A stretch of DNA of 64,000 nt, taken from assembly GCA_021801605.1 (NCBI GenBank), contig JAJYXU010000096.1, forward strand, positions 12,290 to 76,289, in the 5' to 3' direction. The notes beneath the pieces are model-generated. The model had not been told where the DNA came from, searched no databases, and worked only from the letters and a program-made list of their open reading frames with translations. Shown here one piece after another: positions 10,463-19,147 of the stretch. The position numbers and the translations under genes were made by a program. Source of the stretch: Bacteroidota bacterium (GTDB taxonomy: Bacteria > Bacteroidota > Ignavibacteria > Ignavibacteriales > Melioribacteraceae). Position 1 is the stretch's first letter. Every line of letters starts with the position of its first letter.

Positions 10463-11928
10463 TCTGCCAGATATTTTTGAGAAAGTTCTTTATCGGAAAA
10501 GTGCTTACGCACTCCATTAATTTCTTGATAGTTTTCGTGTCCTTTACCGGCAACAAGTATAACTGCATCGTCCTCGCTTTCTAAAATTGCAGAGCGAATT
10601 GCTTCTTCCCGATTTTCAATTACACGATAGTTATTAGTTTTTATTCCCTTTAAAATCTCATCAATGATGAAAAAAGGGTCTTCCGTTCTCGGATTATCGG
10701 ATGTTACATAAACACGTTTGCTCATTGATGCTGCTATCTCACCCATAATAGAACGTTTAGTTCTGTCGCGGTCGCCTCCGCAGCCAAAGACAGTGTAGAC
10801 GCAACGTTCATCTTTTACTATATGATGAATTGCAGTAAGCGCTTGCTTTAGGGAATCGCTCGTGTGCGAATAATCAATAATTATTTTTTTATTTTTTCGG
10901 GAAACTATTTCAAATCTTCCCGGGACTTGCGGAGTTGAATTAATTCCTTCAACGGCAACTTCAGGATCTATACCGCTTACAACAGCAGTTGCAAAAGCCG
11001 ATGCTGCATTGAAAGCGTTAAAATGTCCAACCAAACTTGTTGTAAGATGATAATCAATTCCTTTCCAGATCAGATCAAAGTTTGTTCCTTCTAATGAAAA
11101 CTCTACATTCTGCATTCTGCATTCTGCATTTTTATCCATTCCGTAAGAATGTTTTTGCGCCGGTGAATTTTTAACAAGAGCAGATGAACTGGAATCGTCG
11201 GCATTATAAATTATTTTCCCATCATGAGGGATCATATCAAACAAAATCTTTTTTGATGAAAGGTAATGGTCAAATGTTTTGTGATAATCCATATGATCGG
11301 AAGTTATATTCGTAAAGATCGCTGCATCAAAATTCAAATAGTCAACTCTATGCAGGTCCAATGCGTGCGATGAAACTTCCATAACACAGTGTGTGCATCC
11401 TTCATTAATCATCTGCCTAAGAAGAGAATTAATTTCATTGGATTGTGGTGTAGTTAGCATTGTTTTAACTTCCATATCACCGATGAAATTTGCGATCGTG
11501 CCGATCAATCCGGTTTTATACCCGGCTTGTTGAAAAACATTTTTAACATAAAAAGCAGTTGTAGTTTTTCCTTTTGTTCCGGTTATGCCTATCAATTTTA
11601 TTTTCTTGGATGGCTCGCCATAAAAAATATTTGAAAATTCGGCGAGTGATTTTCTGCTTTCTGCAACAACAACTTTTACACAGCCACTATGAGAAAAAAT
11701 TTGATCGGGAACAGCATTGGCATTTTGCAAAACAATTGCAGATGCGCCTTGATTTATAGCATCCGGAATAAATTTATGACCGTCCTGTTTTTCTCCAGCG
11801 ATTGCAAAAAAAAGAGAATTTTTAGACACTCTGCGCGAGTCCAAAGTAATATTACTGATCTCTTTCAATTCAGCATTGCCTATTACTTGAATAGCTTTGA
11901 CATTATTTAACAGTTCTGAAAGCTTCAT
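10450..11928 (-). CDS. murE: UDP-N-acetylmuramoyl-L-alanyl-D-glutamate--2,6-diaminopimelate ligase
   Basis: 492 aa with ITGTKGKTTTAFY P-loop and a C-terminal DNPR motif (SDNPRTEDP). 13-nt overlap with murF. Confidence 0.9.
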   Translation of the reverse strand: MKLSELLNNVKAIQVIGNAELKEISNITLDSRRVSKNSLFFAIAGEKQDGHKFIPDAINQGASAIVLQNANAVPDQIFSHSGCVKVVVAESRKSLAEFSNIFYGEPSKKIKLIGITGTKGKTTTAFYVKNVFQQAGYKTGLIGTIANFIGDMEVKTMLTTPQSNEINSLLRQMINEGCTHCVMEVSSHALDLHRVDYLNFDAAIFTNITSDHMDYHKTFDHYLSSKKILFDMIPHDGKIIYNADDSSSSALVKNSPAQKHSYGMDKNAECRMQNVEFSLEGTNFDLIWKGIDYHLTTSLVGHFNAFNAASAFATAVVSGIDPEVAVEGINSTPQVPGRFEIVSRKNKKIIIDYSHTSDSLKQALTAIHHIVKDERCVYTVFGCGGDRDRTKRSIMGEIAASMSKRVYVTSDNPRTEDPFFIIDEILKGIKTNNYRVIENREEAIRSAILESEDDAVILVAGKGHENYQEINGVRKHFSDKELSQKYLAEWAK

Positions 11929-13950
11929 TCAGTTAACACTCGCTGGATTTTTTTTGATCGAAGGTTCACATTTAATTATACACTCGGAACCGGGAATGAT
12001 ACTTGAGCCCGGTTCAAGACTTTGCCAAACAACTTTGCCTGTCCCGGAAATTTTGCACTTCAAACCAAGTTCGTTTAATTGAGCTATTGCGTCTCTCACG
12101 GATTGGTTTATCAAATTCGGCATTGAAGAATTGTTTCCATTAAAAAATTTTCTTGTTGAGATATTAGAAACATGTTTATCAGCTACATCAGCAAAAGATG
12201 TTGTTTTTATTTTAGGAGCTGTTTTAATATCTGCGACAAGCCGATCTATCAAATTTTGTTTTCTTTCAATATTTTTTTTGTTAGGAACAAGACTAAGATC
12301 AGTTTCAATCATTCGTTTTGCTACGTCACGAAAAACCGGTGCTGCAACTAACCCGCCATATTCTCCAACTTTGGGCGAGTTAATGAGGATCAAACAAACT
12401 ATTTTTGGATTATCTGCCGGGAAAAAACCAATGAAGGATGAATTATGCTGACTGCTTGAATAAGAATTATTTACAAGTCGTTGGGCAGTTCCTGTTTTAC
12501 CGCCCACCAAAACATTTTGAAGACGTGCAGCAGTTCCGGTTCCATTTTCTACCACGCCAACCATTAAATTTTTAATCCGATCAGAAGTAGATTTGCTAAT
12601 TACCGTCCTGATTTTTCTTGGTTGTGTCTCCTCTAAATTTTTTCCCGTATTGTCTGTAATTTTTTTGACAATATACGGCTGAACAAGAGTCCCGCCATTG
12701 ATCAAAGCGCAATAAGCTGTAATTAATTGCAAAGGAGTAAGAGCAATTTCATAACCAAAAGAAAGAAATGGTTTTGTTAAACCGGAAAACGCACTTGGTT
12801 TTTTTAATGAACCTGCCGCTTCGCTTGGTAATTCAATTTGTGTTGAATTGCTGAATCCAAAGTCACGTAAATATTTGTAAAGTACATCGTCTGCTACTCT
12901 GGCAGATAATTTTGCCATACCAACGTTGCTGGATTGTTCCAACACACCGCGCACAGTTAATTGATTATTCGGGTGAGAATCCAAAATAGGTGTATTCTTT
13001 ATAAAATATTTTCCGTTTTCTACGTCAATCACTTCATCTTCATTCACAAGATTTTGATCAAGAAGAATTGAGAGTGTAATTGATTTCATGGTTGAACCGG
13101 GTTCATATGTATCTGTAATTGCTCTATCTCTTCTTGACTCGGCAGTTGAATATTCATAATTGGCAGGATCAAAATCCGGTGAATTGGCTAAAGAATAAAT
13201 TTCCCCGGTGTTTGGATTCATTATGATTCCAACTGCAGATTCACCGCCAAATTTTTGCATACCATTGGCTAATTCTTCTTCAAGGATTTTTTGATATGTT
13301 TTATTTATTGTAAGAATAATTTGATTTCCTGGAACAGCCGCTCTGGAAAGATTTTCATCAACCGAAACAATTCTTCCAAGAACATCTCTCTCAAAATTAA
13401 AGTAACCGTCGGAGCCGGCTAATTTTTCTTGGTAATTTTTTTCAATTCCCTCTACACCTATCATATCGCGGTTAACAAAGCCAAGTACATGGGAAGCCAA
13501 ACTTCCATACGGGTATATTCTTGAAAAATCTTCCTGCTGATAAAGACCTTCAATTACATTTTTTTTCAATTCCAGAGCTTTCTCCATAGAAACTTTCTTT
13601 TCCAGACAAACATTTCCAACACCGTCGTCAATTATTTTTTTATAATATTCTTTCGGTTTATTAAAAACTCTTGATAAAGCTGATGAAATAGAGTCAATCC
13701 TTTTTGAATTCATCATTCTTGTATCGGCGAAAAAGGAAATGTTATCTGATGTAAAACTGAGGACTTCCCCATTTGCATCTTTAATCAATCCGCGCTCGGC
13801 TTTAACAGTCAACGGTTTATTTTGCTGACGCTCTGCAACAAGCGAATAGTATTCGTGCTTTGCCACTTGTATAGAAAAAAGTTTTGCAACAAGCGCTACA
13901 AAGATCAGCAACAAAGAAGCGGCTAATATTAATGCGCGCGAGCTAATCAT
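11929..13950 (-). CDS. ftsI: division-specific class B penicillin-binding protein (FtsI/PBP3) with C-terminal PASTA domain
   Basis: 673 aa. N-terminal TM helix; transpeptidase motifs STMK (EPGSTMKS), SSN and KTGT. The C-terminal ~60 aa (MPNLINQSVRDAIAQLNELGLKCKISGTGKVVWQSLEPGSSI) match the PASTA pattern. Confidence 0.9.
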   Translation of the reverse strand: MISSRALILAASLLLIFVALVAKLFSIQVAKHEYYSLVAERQQNKPLTVKAERGLIKDANGEVLSFTSDNISFFADTRMMNSKRIDSISSALSRVFNKPKEYYKKIIDDGVGNVCLEKKVSMEKALELKKNVIEGLYQQEDFSRIYPYGSLASHVLGFVNRDMIGVEGIEKNYQEKLAGSDGYFNFERDVLGRIVSVDENLSRAAVPGNQIILTINKTYQKILEEELANGMQKFGGESAVGIIMNPNTGEIYSLANSPDFDPANYEYSTAESRRDRAITDTYEPGSTMKSITLSILLDQNLVNEDEVIDVENGKYFIKNTPILDSHPNNQLTVRGVLEQSSNVGMAKLSARVADDVLYKYLRDFGFSNSTQIELPSEAAGSLKKPSAFSGLTKPFLSFGYEIALTPLQLITAYCALINGGTLVQPYIVKKITDNTGKNLEETQPRKIRTVISKSTSDRIKNLMVGVVENGTGTAARLQNVLVGGKTGTAQRLVNNSYSSSQHNSSFIGFFPADNPKIVCLILINSPKVGEYGGLVAAPVFRDVAKRMIETDLSLVPNKKNIERKQNLIDRLVADIKTAPKIKTTSFADVADKHVSNISTRKFFNGNNSSMPNLINQSVRDAIAQLNELGLKCKISGTGKVVWQSLEPGSSIIPGSECIIKCEPSIKKNPASVN

Positions 13951-14263
13951 ACTTTTCGTTCAATAGTTTTTCAATCTGTTTTATTTGGTCCTTTGAAACG
14001 GAAATCATTTCTAAATTTTCACTCGGTCTAATTAATCCAAGCGAGTCTTGCGCAATTTTTACAATCACATCTTCCGATGTTAGTTTTTGAACCTCTACTA
14101 ACATTGTCTCAATCCTTTTAAATCTTTCATTCAGCATTTCTTGTTTTGTAATTTTTTCCCGATTTATTCTTTTTATTTCAGATCGAACAACTACATACCC
14201 AAGAAGCACCAAAGAAATAATTACCACTATTGCAATAAAATTTTTTAATGACGATCCCTTCAT
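13943..14263 (-). CDS. ftsL: FtsL-like single-pass cell division protein
   Basis: 106 aa with one TM helix followed by a coiled-coil-like region. Occupies the canonical slot between rsmH and ftsI. Confidence 0.7.
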   Translation of the reverse strand: MKGSSLKNFIAIVVIISLVLLGYVVVRSEIKRINREKITKQEMLNERFKRIETMLVEVQKLTSEDVIVKIAQDSLGLIRPSENLEMISVSKDQIKQIEKLLNEKYD

Positions 14264-14266
14264 TCT

Positions 14267-15184
14267 TTAGACTCTTTCTGCAACACGCATCTTAGCGCTC
14301 CTTGCTCTTCGATTTTTTCCAATTTCCAAATCTGAAGGAACCACCGGTTTGTGAGTTACCAATTTTAGCCGTTTTATTTTTCCACAGATACATATAGGCG
14401 TTCCCGGAGGACAAATACAGCTTAAACTTTCATACTTAATTTTTTCTTTTACAATTCTGTCTTCCAAAGAATGATAACTAAGAATCACGATTCTACCGCC
14501 GGGCTTTAGAAGTGAAACTGATTTATCTATAAAAACCTTCAGTTCTTCAAGTTCATTGTTCACATAAATCCGCAATGCTTGAAATACACGCGACAATGTT
14601 TTATTTAAGAATCGCTGCGGTGTAACAAGTTCAATTATTTTTTTTAGTTGAGAAGTACGTGATATCTTTTCAGTTAATCTGAATTCTATGATTTTTTTTG
14701 CAATGAGCCGCGAGTTTTTTTCTTCACCGTATTCAAATAAAATTTTAGCAATCTCTTCTTGTGAAAATTTATTCAGCAAATCCGATGCGGAAATTCCTTC
14801 AGCTTTGTTCATCCTGAGATCAAGGGCGGCGTCCTCCCGGAATGTAAATCCCGCTTCAATAGTATCTAATTGAAAAGAGGAAACACCTAAGTCTGCTAAG
14901 ATGCCGTCAAATTGTTCAATGAACTCAAACTTGGAAATCGAATCAATATTTGTAAAGCCGGTGTGGAAAATCGAAAATCGGTTGTCGCCAGAAAATTTTT
15001 CTTTGCAATATTCAAAAGCCGATTGATCTTTATCTGTTGCAATCAATTTTCCTTTTTCGTTTAAGGTGTTTAGTATTGCTTCTGAATGTCCGCCAAATCC
15101 CGCTGTACCGTCAAAGTAAATTCCATTTTTTTCAGTAACCAAAAAATCAATACTCTCTTTCAAGAGAACCGGTTGGTGACTCAT
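14267..15184 (-). CDS. rsmH: 16S rRNA (cytosine1402-N4)-methyltransferase
   Basis: 305 aa. HQPVLL start and DGTAGFGGHS SAM-binding motif. Second gene of the dcw cluster. Confidence 0.93.
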   Translation of the reverse strand: MSHQPVLLKESIDFLVTEKNGIYFDGTAGFGGHSEAILNTLNEKGKLIATDKDQSAFEYCKEKFSGDNRFSIFHTGFTNIDSISKFEFIEQFDGILADLGVSSFQLDTIEAGFTFREDAALDLRMNKAEGISASDLLNKFSQEEIAKILFEYGEEKNSRLIAKKIIEFRLTEKISRTSQLKKIIELVTPQRFLNKTLSRVFQALRIYVNNELEELKVFIDKSVSLLKPGGRIVILSYHSLEDRIVKEKIKYESLSCICPPGTPICICGKIKRLKLVTHKPVVPSDLEIGKNRRARSAKMRVAERV

Positions 15185-15630
15185 TTTGGTTTTTTCTGCA
15201 TAATTAATTTTGCTATTTCGGCAAACGGCTTGTTGTTTTCTTTTTTATGTGATTCATAAATCTCGGGACTCCAAATTTCAATTTTTTTATTCTGCCCGAG
15301 GATAAAAACTTCTTTCTCAATTCCGGCAAACTCTAAAAGATTTTTAGGGACTAACAATCGGGACTGTGAATCAAGTTTATATTCAGCGGCAAGTTCAAAC
15401 AACATTCTTTTAAATGCCGCTTCTTCAGAATCAAAATCGTCGAGCTGATTGACGCGGGTTAGAACTTCATCTTTCCAAAAATCTTGCGGATAAATATCAA
15501 TGCATTGAACAATGCCTCTTGTCATTACAAAGGTTTCGTTCGCAGCTTCATTGACATATTTCTTAAAAATGGAAGGAATACTGACCCGTCCTTTTGCATC
15601 AACCGAATATTTAAAGCTTCCTATAAACAT
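15181..15630 (-). CDS. mraZ: transcriptional regulator MraZ
   Basis: 149 aa. MFIGSFKYSVDAKGRVSIP is the first of the two SpoVT/AbrB-like MraZ half-domains; LDSQSRLLVP is read as the second. First gene of the dcw cluster. Confidence 0.92.
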   Translation of the reverse strand: MFIGSFKYSVDAKGRVSIPSIFKKYVNEAANETFVMTRGIVQCIDIYPQDFWKDEVLTRVNQLDDFDSEEAAFKRMLFELAAEYKLDSQSRLLVPKNLLEFAGIEKEVFILGQNKKIEIWSPEIYESHKKENNKPFAEIAKLIMQKKPK

Positions 15631-15636
15631 TGTTCA

Positions 15637-15674
15637 TCCACTATTTGGGAAAATTAAACACTATTACCCACCCA
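15637..15674 (-). promoter_or_regulatory. candidate MraZ operator boxes in the mraZ 5' region
   Basis: On the mraZ strand the sequence reads GTGGGTAATAGTGTTTAATTTTCCCAAATAGTGGA. GTG cores fall at offsets 0, 10 and 30 (plus-strand CAC at 15669-71, 15659-61, 15639-41), so they are phased at helical-turn multiples 7-40 nt upstream of the ATG. Confidence 0.35.
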
Positions 15675-15756
15675 GATGCAAAATAACTGTTTTTATGTGG
15701 GATTGTCAAGGTATTTTTGCTTGTGAAGTAGAGAAAAAAATGAAAATGGTGAAGAT

Positions 15757-16566
15757 ATGGCAATAGATGAGACGAGCTTAATAGAGGGAGAACTCTATAC
15801 GATAGTAATCAACAAGAAAGCAAAAGGTAAAAAAGGAGCTTTGGCAGCAATAATCAAAGGTACGAAATCGTCAATAATAACAAGGGCAATAACAGATAAG
15901 GTACCATTTGAAAAGTTGGTGAAGATAAAAGAGATAACTTTAGATTTAGCAAACAGTATGGATTGGACGGCTCGACAAATAGCTCCCAACGGATTGCATA
16001 CTTACGACAGATTTCATGTTCAGCAGATAGTAATAGACGCAGTTCAAGCCATACGTGTAAACCTAAGATGGAAAGCCATAGAAGAAGAAAATGATGCAGT
16101 AATGAAAGCAAAAGAAATAAAAGTTGAATTCCTGCCAAAGACATTTAGTAACGGAGATACTAGGAAACAGTTGTTGGCACGCAGCAGATATTTTTTATAT
16201 AAGCCGCGGGTCCGATGGACAAAAACACAAAAACAAAGAGCAGAAATATTATTCAGAGAATACCCGGAACTTTTGGAGTCATATAATTTCTCGATCTACT
16301 TCCGAAACTGTTACGAGTACAAAAACAAAAAGTACAGGTTTCAAGATTGGATAGAAAAAGTAAAGTCAACGAGTTTGAAAGAAATGAAAGTAGCTGCACA
16401 AACAATAAAACGTCATCTCGGAGGTATCTTAAACTATTTTGAGAATGGAGCTACCAATGCGGCTATTGAAAGTTTTCATGCTAAATTAAAACTGTTTAGG
16501 CAGAGAATCAGAGGTGTAGTTGATAAAAACTTTTTCTTCTTCAGAATTATCCAATATTTTGCTTAA
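15757..16566 (+). mobile_element. ISL3/ISAon1-like DDE transposase, 5'-truncated remnant
   Basis: The 269-aa ORF begins inside the catalytic core (AIDETS first-D region, DRFHV second-D motif, TNAAIESFHAKLK C-terminal E motif). The in-frame stop at 15724-15726 and the mraZ start at 15630 leave no room for the usual ~130-150 aa N-terminal DNA-binding part. Confidence 0.7.
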
Positions 16567-16587
16567 TCAACTTTTGCCACCAAATAA

Positions 16588-16926
16588 TCCGGTGAGCCGC
16601 AATACCCTAAACCGCCTTTCGGATTTGCGATTTATAATATCAAAAAAGAAAATATTGAGAATGTTTTTTTTACGGATTTTAATGGCGCGGAACCTGCATA
16701 TTTTATATCAGCACAAAATAAATCGGAGCCAGGACTTATTTACGTTCATTTTCGTGATATCGGTACATATTCAATAGATCTATTTGAGCAAAAAGTGAAA
16801 GAGCTAATTTCAGATGAACATGATTTTGTCCTAGATAAAAGAATATATCACTCTCCAGATGGCAAATGGACTGTTGTTCATAAACATTGGAGTGGTGATA
16901 TAAAAGGTAGTATTATAGCAATTTAA
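16588..16926 (+). pseudogene. start-less C-terminal ORF remnant, probably a gene truncated by the IS insertion
   Basis: Open frame of 112 codons from 16588 to TAA 16924-16926 (SGEPQYPKPPFGFAIYNIKKENIENVFFTDFNGAEP...HKHWSGDIKGSIIAI). It contains no ATG/GTG/TTG start and begins 22 nt after the transposase stop. Confidence 0.4.
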
Positions 16927-17079
16927 TTTTGGTGCAAGGTTAAAATTCCATATATTTACAAGAGTAATGTATATAAAAATCTTGCAAAGCCATGGAAAAA
17001 ACTTTAGTGAATTTAACACCCCCACAAGTGAAATTATTAAAAGAATTTAAGCAAGAGGGACAAAGAAGTTTACGAGAAA

Positions 17080-17385
17080 TTAACCGGGTAAATATGTATA
17101 GCTTTGTACCCCTCTTCCAACTATGGTCAATAATGTTGGGGAACCGGTGACTCCATTATGTTTAACCCTTCTCCAGATCTGGAATTGATTTACAGCTGTG
17201 TTTGGATTATCTACCCAAGTAACAAGAATCGGGTCACCTACATCAGCACTTGCGCCAGCATACTCTACGCTGTTGGATGGTTTTCCAACATAAGAAGCAG
17301 TATATGTTCCAGTTGCAGTTGCTGTTATTGGGCTTGAAAATGACTGTCCTAAACTAATCTGACTCAAACCGATTACAAGAAACAA
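17080..17385 (-). CDS. small secreted hypothetical protein, possibly a truncated Fn3-like fragment
   Basis: 101-aa ORF with a TTG start. Hydrophobic N-terminus (LFLVIGLSQISLGQ), then a beta-rich segment (VTWVDNPNTAVNQFQIWRRV...LLTIVGRGVQSYTY) that ends abruptly. Start codon is uncertain. Confidence 0.4.
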   Translation of the reverse strand: MFLVIGLSQISLGQSFSSPITATATGTYTASYVGKPSNSVEYAGASADVGDPILVTWVDNPNTAVNQFQIWRRVKHNGVTGSPTLLTIVGRGVQSYTYLPG

Positions 17386-17520
17386 CCAAAGATAAATTCT
17401 AAGCTTAAATATGATCTTTCTCCTTGCTTAATTTTTAAATTATAGGCATGTTTCTGATGCAAATAAAAAGGCAAAGCGTTAAGCTAAGCAGAAGGTGATC
17501 GGCCTTGCTTTCTATTTGCG

Positions 17521-17557
17521 GAGGGAAAAGATGTGCCTGCATCTTTCCCTCATTTTT
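17521..17557. terminator. terminator-like hairpin downstream of the propeller lipoprotein gene
   Basis: GAGGGAAAAGATG-tgcctg-CATCTTTCCCTC followed by TTTTT on the + strand. It lies 23 nt beyond the stop of the minus-strand gene 17580..18590, so it could act bidirectionally. Confidence 0.5.
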
Positions 17558-17579
17558 AATATTTATTAATCTTACCTCC

Positions 17580-18590
17580 CTAATTTAGTTTCCCATGTAA
17601 AACATAATATATACTATCGATAAGCCGGCAAATAATGAATACTCCATCATCAAAAATTTGAGCGTCAATTATATGTCCCCCTGCGTTATAAATATTGACC
17701 ATATCCGTACCATTATAATGCCCCAAATTCCAGTTGGCATTTGCAGAAAAGAAATCTTTTACTGTTCTACCCCACAAACCTCCCTGATAATCACTCCCAG
17801 TTAGATTAATAACTTCTTTTAATAAATCATCTTTATATTCATAAACTTTTAAATCTGTACCAACATACATTTCATTATTTAGTATCTGAAGAAAAATGCC
17901 AAACTTACTTTTTCTAATCAAACTAAGATTACTACCTTTCAATTTGTACAACCTTGACGGCTCCTGTGGATCTAAAATATTTTGGCCACTGATAAGAACA
18001 TCTCCATTTTCAAGAAATAAAACATTTGTAAAATATTCCTTGATTTGTGGTGTATTTAAAATCTCCCACTTACTTCCATTATAATGAACGATTACTCCTG
18101 TGTAATCTCCGTCTTCTTTCTCAGCAATTCCTACTGCGTATAAATTAGCTCTATAACCATAAATATCTTCAAAGAGAATTCTATTATAGCCAGAGGGAAC
18201 TATTGTTGTGTATTTAGACCACTTAACACCGTCATATCTCCAAATATCACTTCTTGTAGTTACCATCCAGATCTCTGATCGAGATATGCCATGAATACTT
18301 ATTGGTGTAGCAAATTGATCTAGTAAATAGTTACTCCACTTAGTGCCGTCATAATGCCAGACTTTATTCACATAAGTTGCAGCATCTCCGACAACCCAAA
18401 CATCATTTGGTGCTGAACCCCATACACCGCTTAAAAACTGGAAGCCAAATGTATCGGCTCGAAGAGTGTCCCTTGTCCACACATAATCTCTTCTGCCGGG
18501 TTGTAACTCAGATTCCTCAGGAGCGCTATTACATGAAAAAAGAATTGTAAACAAAGAAAGAATTGATACGATTTTTATTAATAATTTCAT
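17580..18590 (-). CDS. predicted lipoprotein with beta-propeller-type repeats
   Basis: 336 aa. Signal peptide plus lipobox (LFTILFSC). Six to seven repeats of the pattern [DE]-h-W-h-V-x(5-10)-h-x-[HR]-Y-[DN]-G-x-x-W (VWHYDGTKWSNY, IWRYDGVKWSKY, VIVHYNGSKWEIL, LGHYNGTDMVNI). Confidence 0.65.
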   Translation of the reverse strand: MKLLIKIVSILSLFTILFSCNSAPEESELQPGRRDYVWTRDTLRADTFGFQFLSGVWGSAPNDVWVVGDAATYVNKVWHYDGTKWSNYLLDQFATPISIHGISRSEIWMVTTRSDIWRYDGVKWSKYTTIVPSGYNRILFEDIYGYRANLYAVGIAEKEDGDYTGVIVHYNGSKWEILNTPQIKEYFTNVLFLENGDVLISGQNILDPQEPSRLYKLKGSNLSLIRKSKFGIFLQILNNEMYVGTDLKVYEYKDDLLKEVINLTGSDYQGGLWGRTVKDFFSANANWNLGHYNGTDMVNIYNAGGHIIDAQIFDDGVFIICRLIDSIYYVLHGKLN

Positions 18591-18833
18591 CAGAGCCTCG
18601 TTGCGTCGTTAACTATTTTTTGAATTATCACAAATTAATGGACTTAATATATATTCAAACCTAAAAGAATTAGATAATATAATTTTATTAAAAAACTTTA
18701 TCACTAAAATTAGGTATAAAGTCAAACTTAGTTGAGATTTAGAGACTCCATTTAGTTTATTAAGTTACTTTTTGTTGTTCAAGTTTTATTTCTGCTCTTA
18801 ATGCTGGTCTCAGTAAATGTAACTTTCATAACG

Positions 18834-19128
18834 TTAATTCTTCTCATCTTTGTATCTATTTCTAAAAAGTGCAGTAGCAATCCACTTTGGTTTTATATCG
18901 GATTGGGTTTCCATTGTTGGTATCGGGTCAATAACCTTACTAACGCCGGAGAAAAGAAGAGCCGCTGAAATGAAGTAATATAGAACCCCCCATAATATAG
19001 CAGACGGTTTTGCCGCTGTAATACTCGTTCTTAGATTTGTAGTAACGGTGGTAAACATCTGCCAGTACACCAAAAATAATTAATACAAAAATAAGGCGGG
19101 GTTTAAAGAAAGACACTAGCAGAAACAC
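18834..19128 (-). pseudogene. degraded DoxX/MauE-like membrane protein fragment
   Basis: Two overlapping same-strand ORFs in different frames (18940..19128 and 18834..19073). The second contains LYYFISAALLFSGVSKVIDP, which resembles the first TM helix of DoxX/MauE proteins. The rest of such a protein is missing. Confidence 0.3.
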
Positions 19129-19147
19129 TAGTTTTTACCTGCACTTT

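Noticed and set aside
16992-17150. 52-aa + strand ORF (MEKTLVNLTPPQVKLLKEFKQEGQRSLREINR...)
   Set aside because: It is short, runs into the oppositely oriented secreted-protein gene, and has no clear RBS or motif. It cannot be distinguished from chance.
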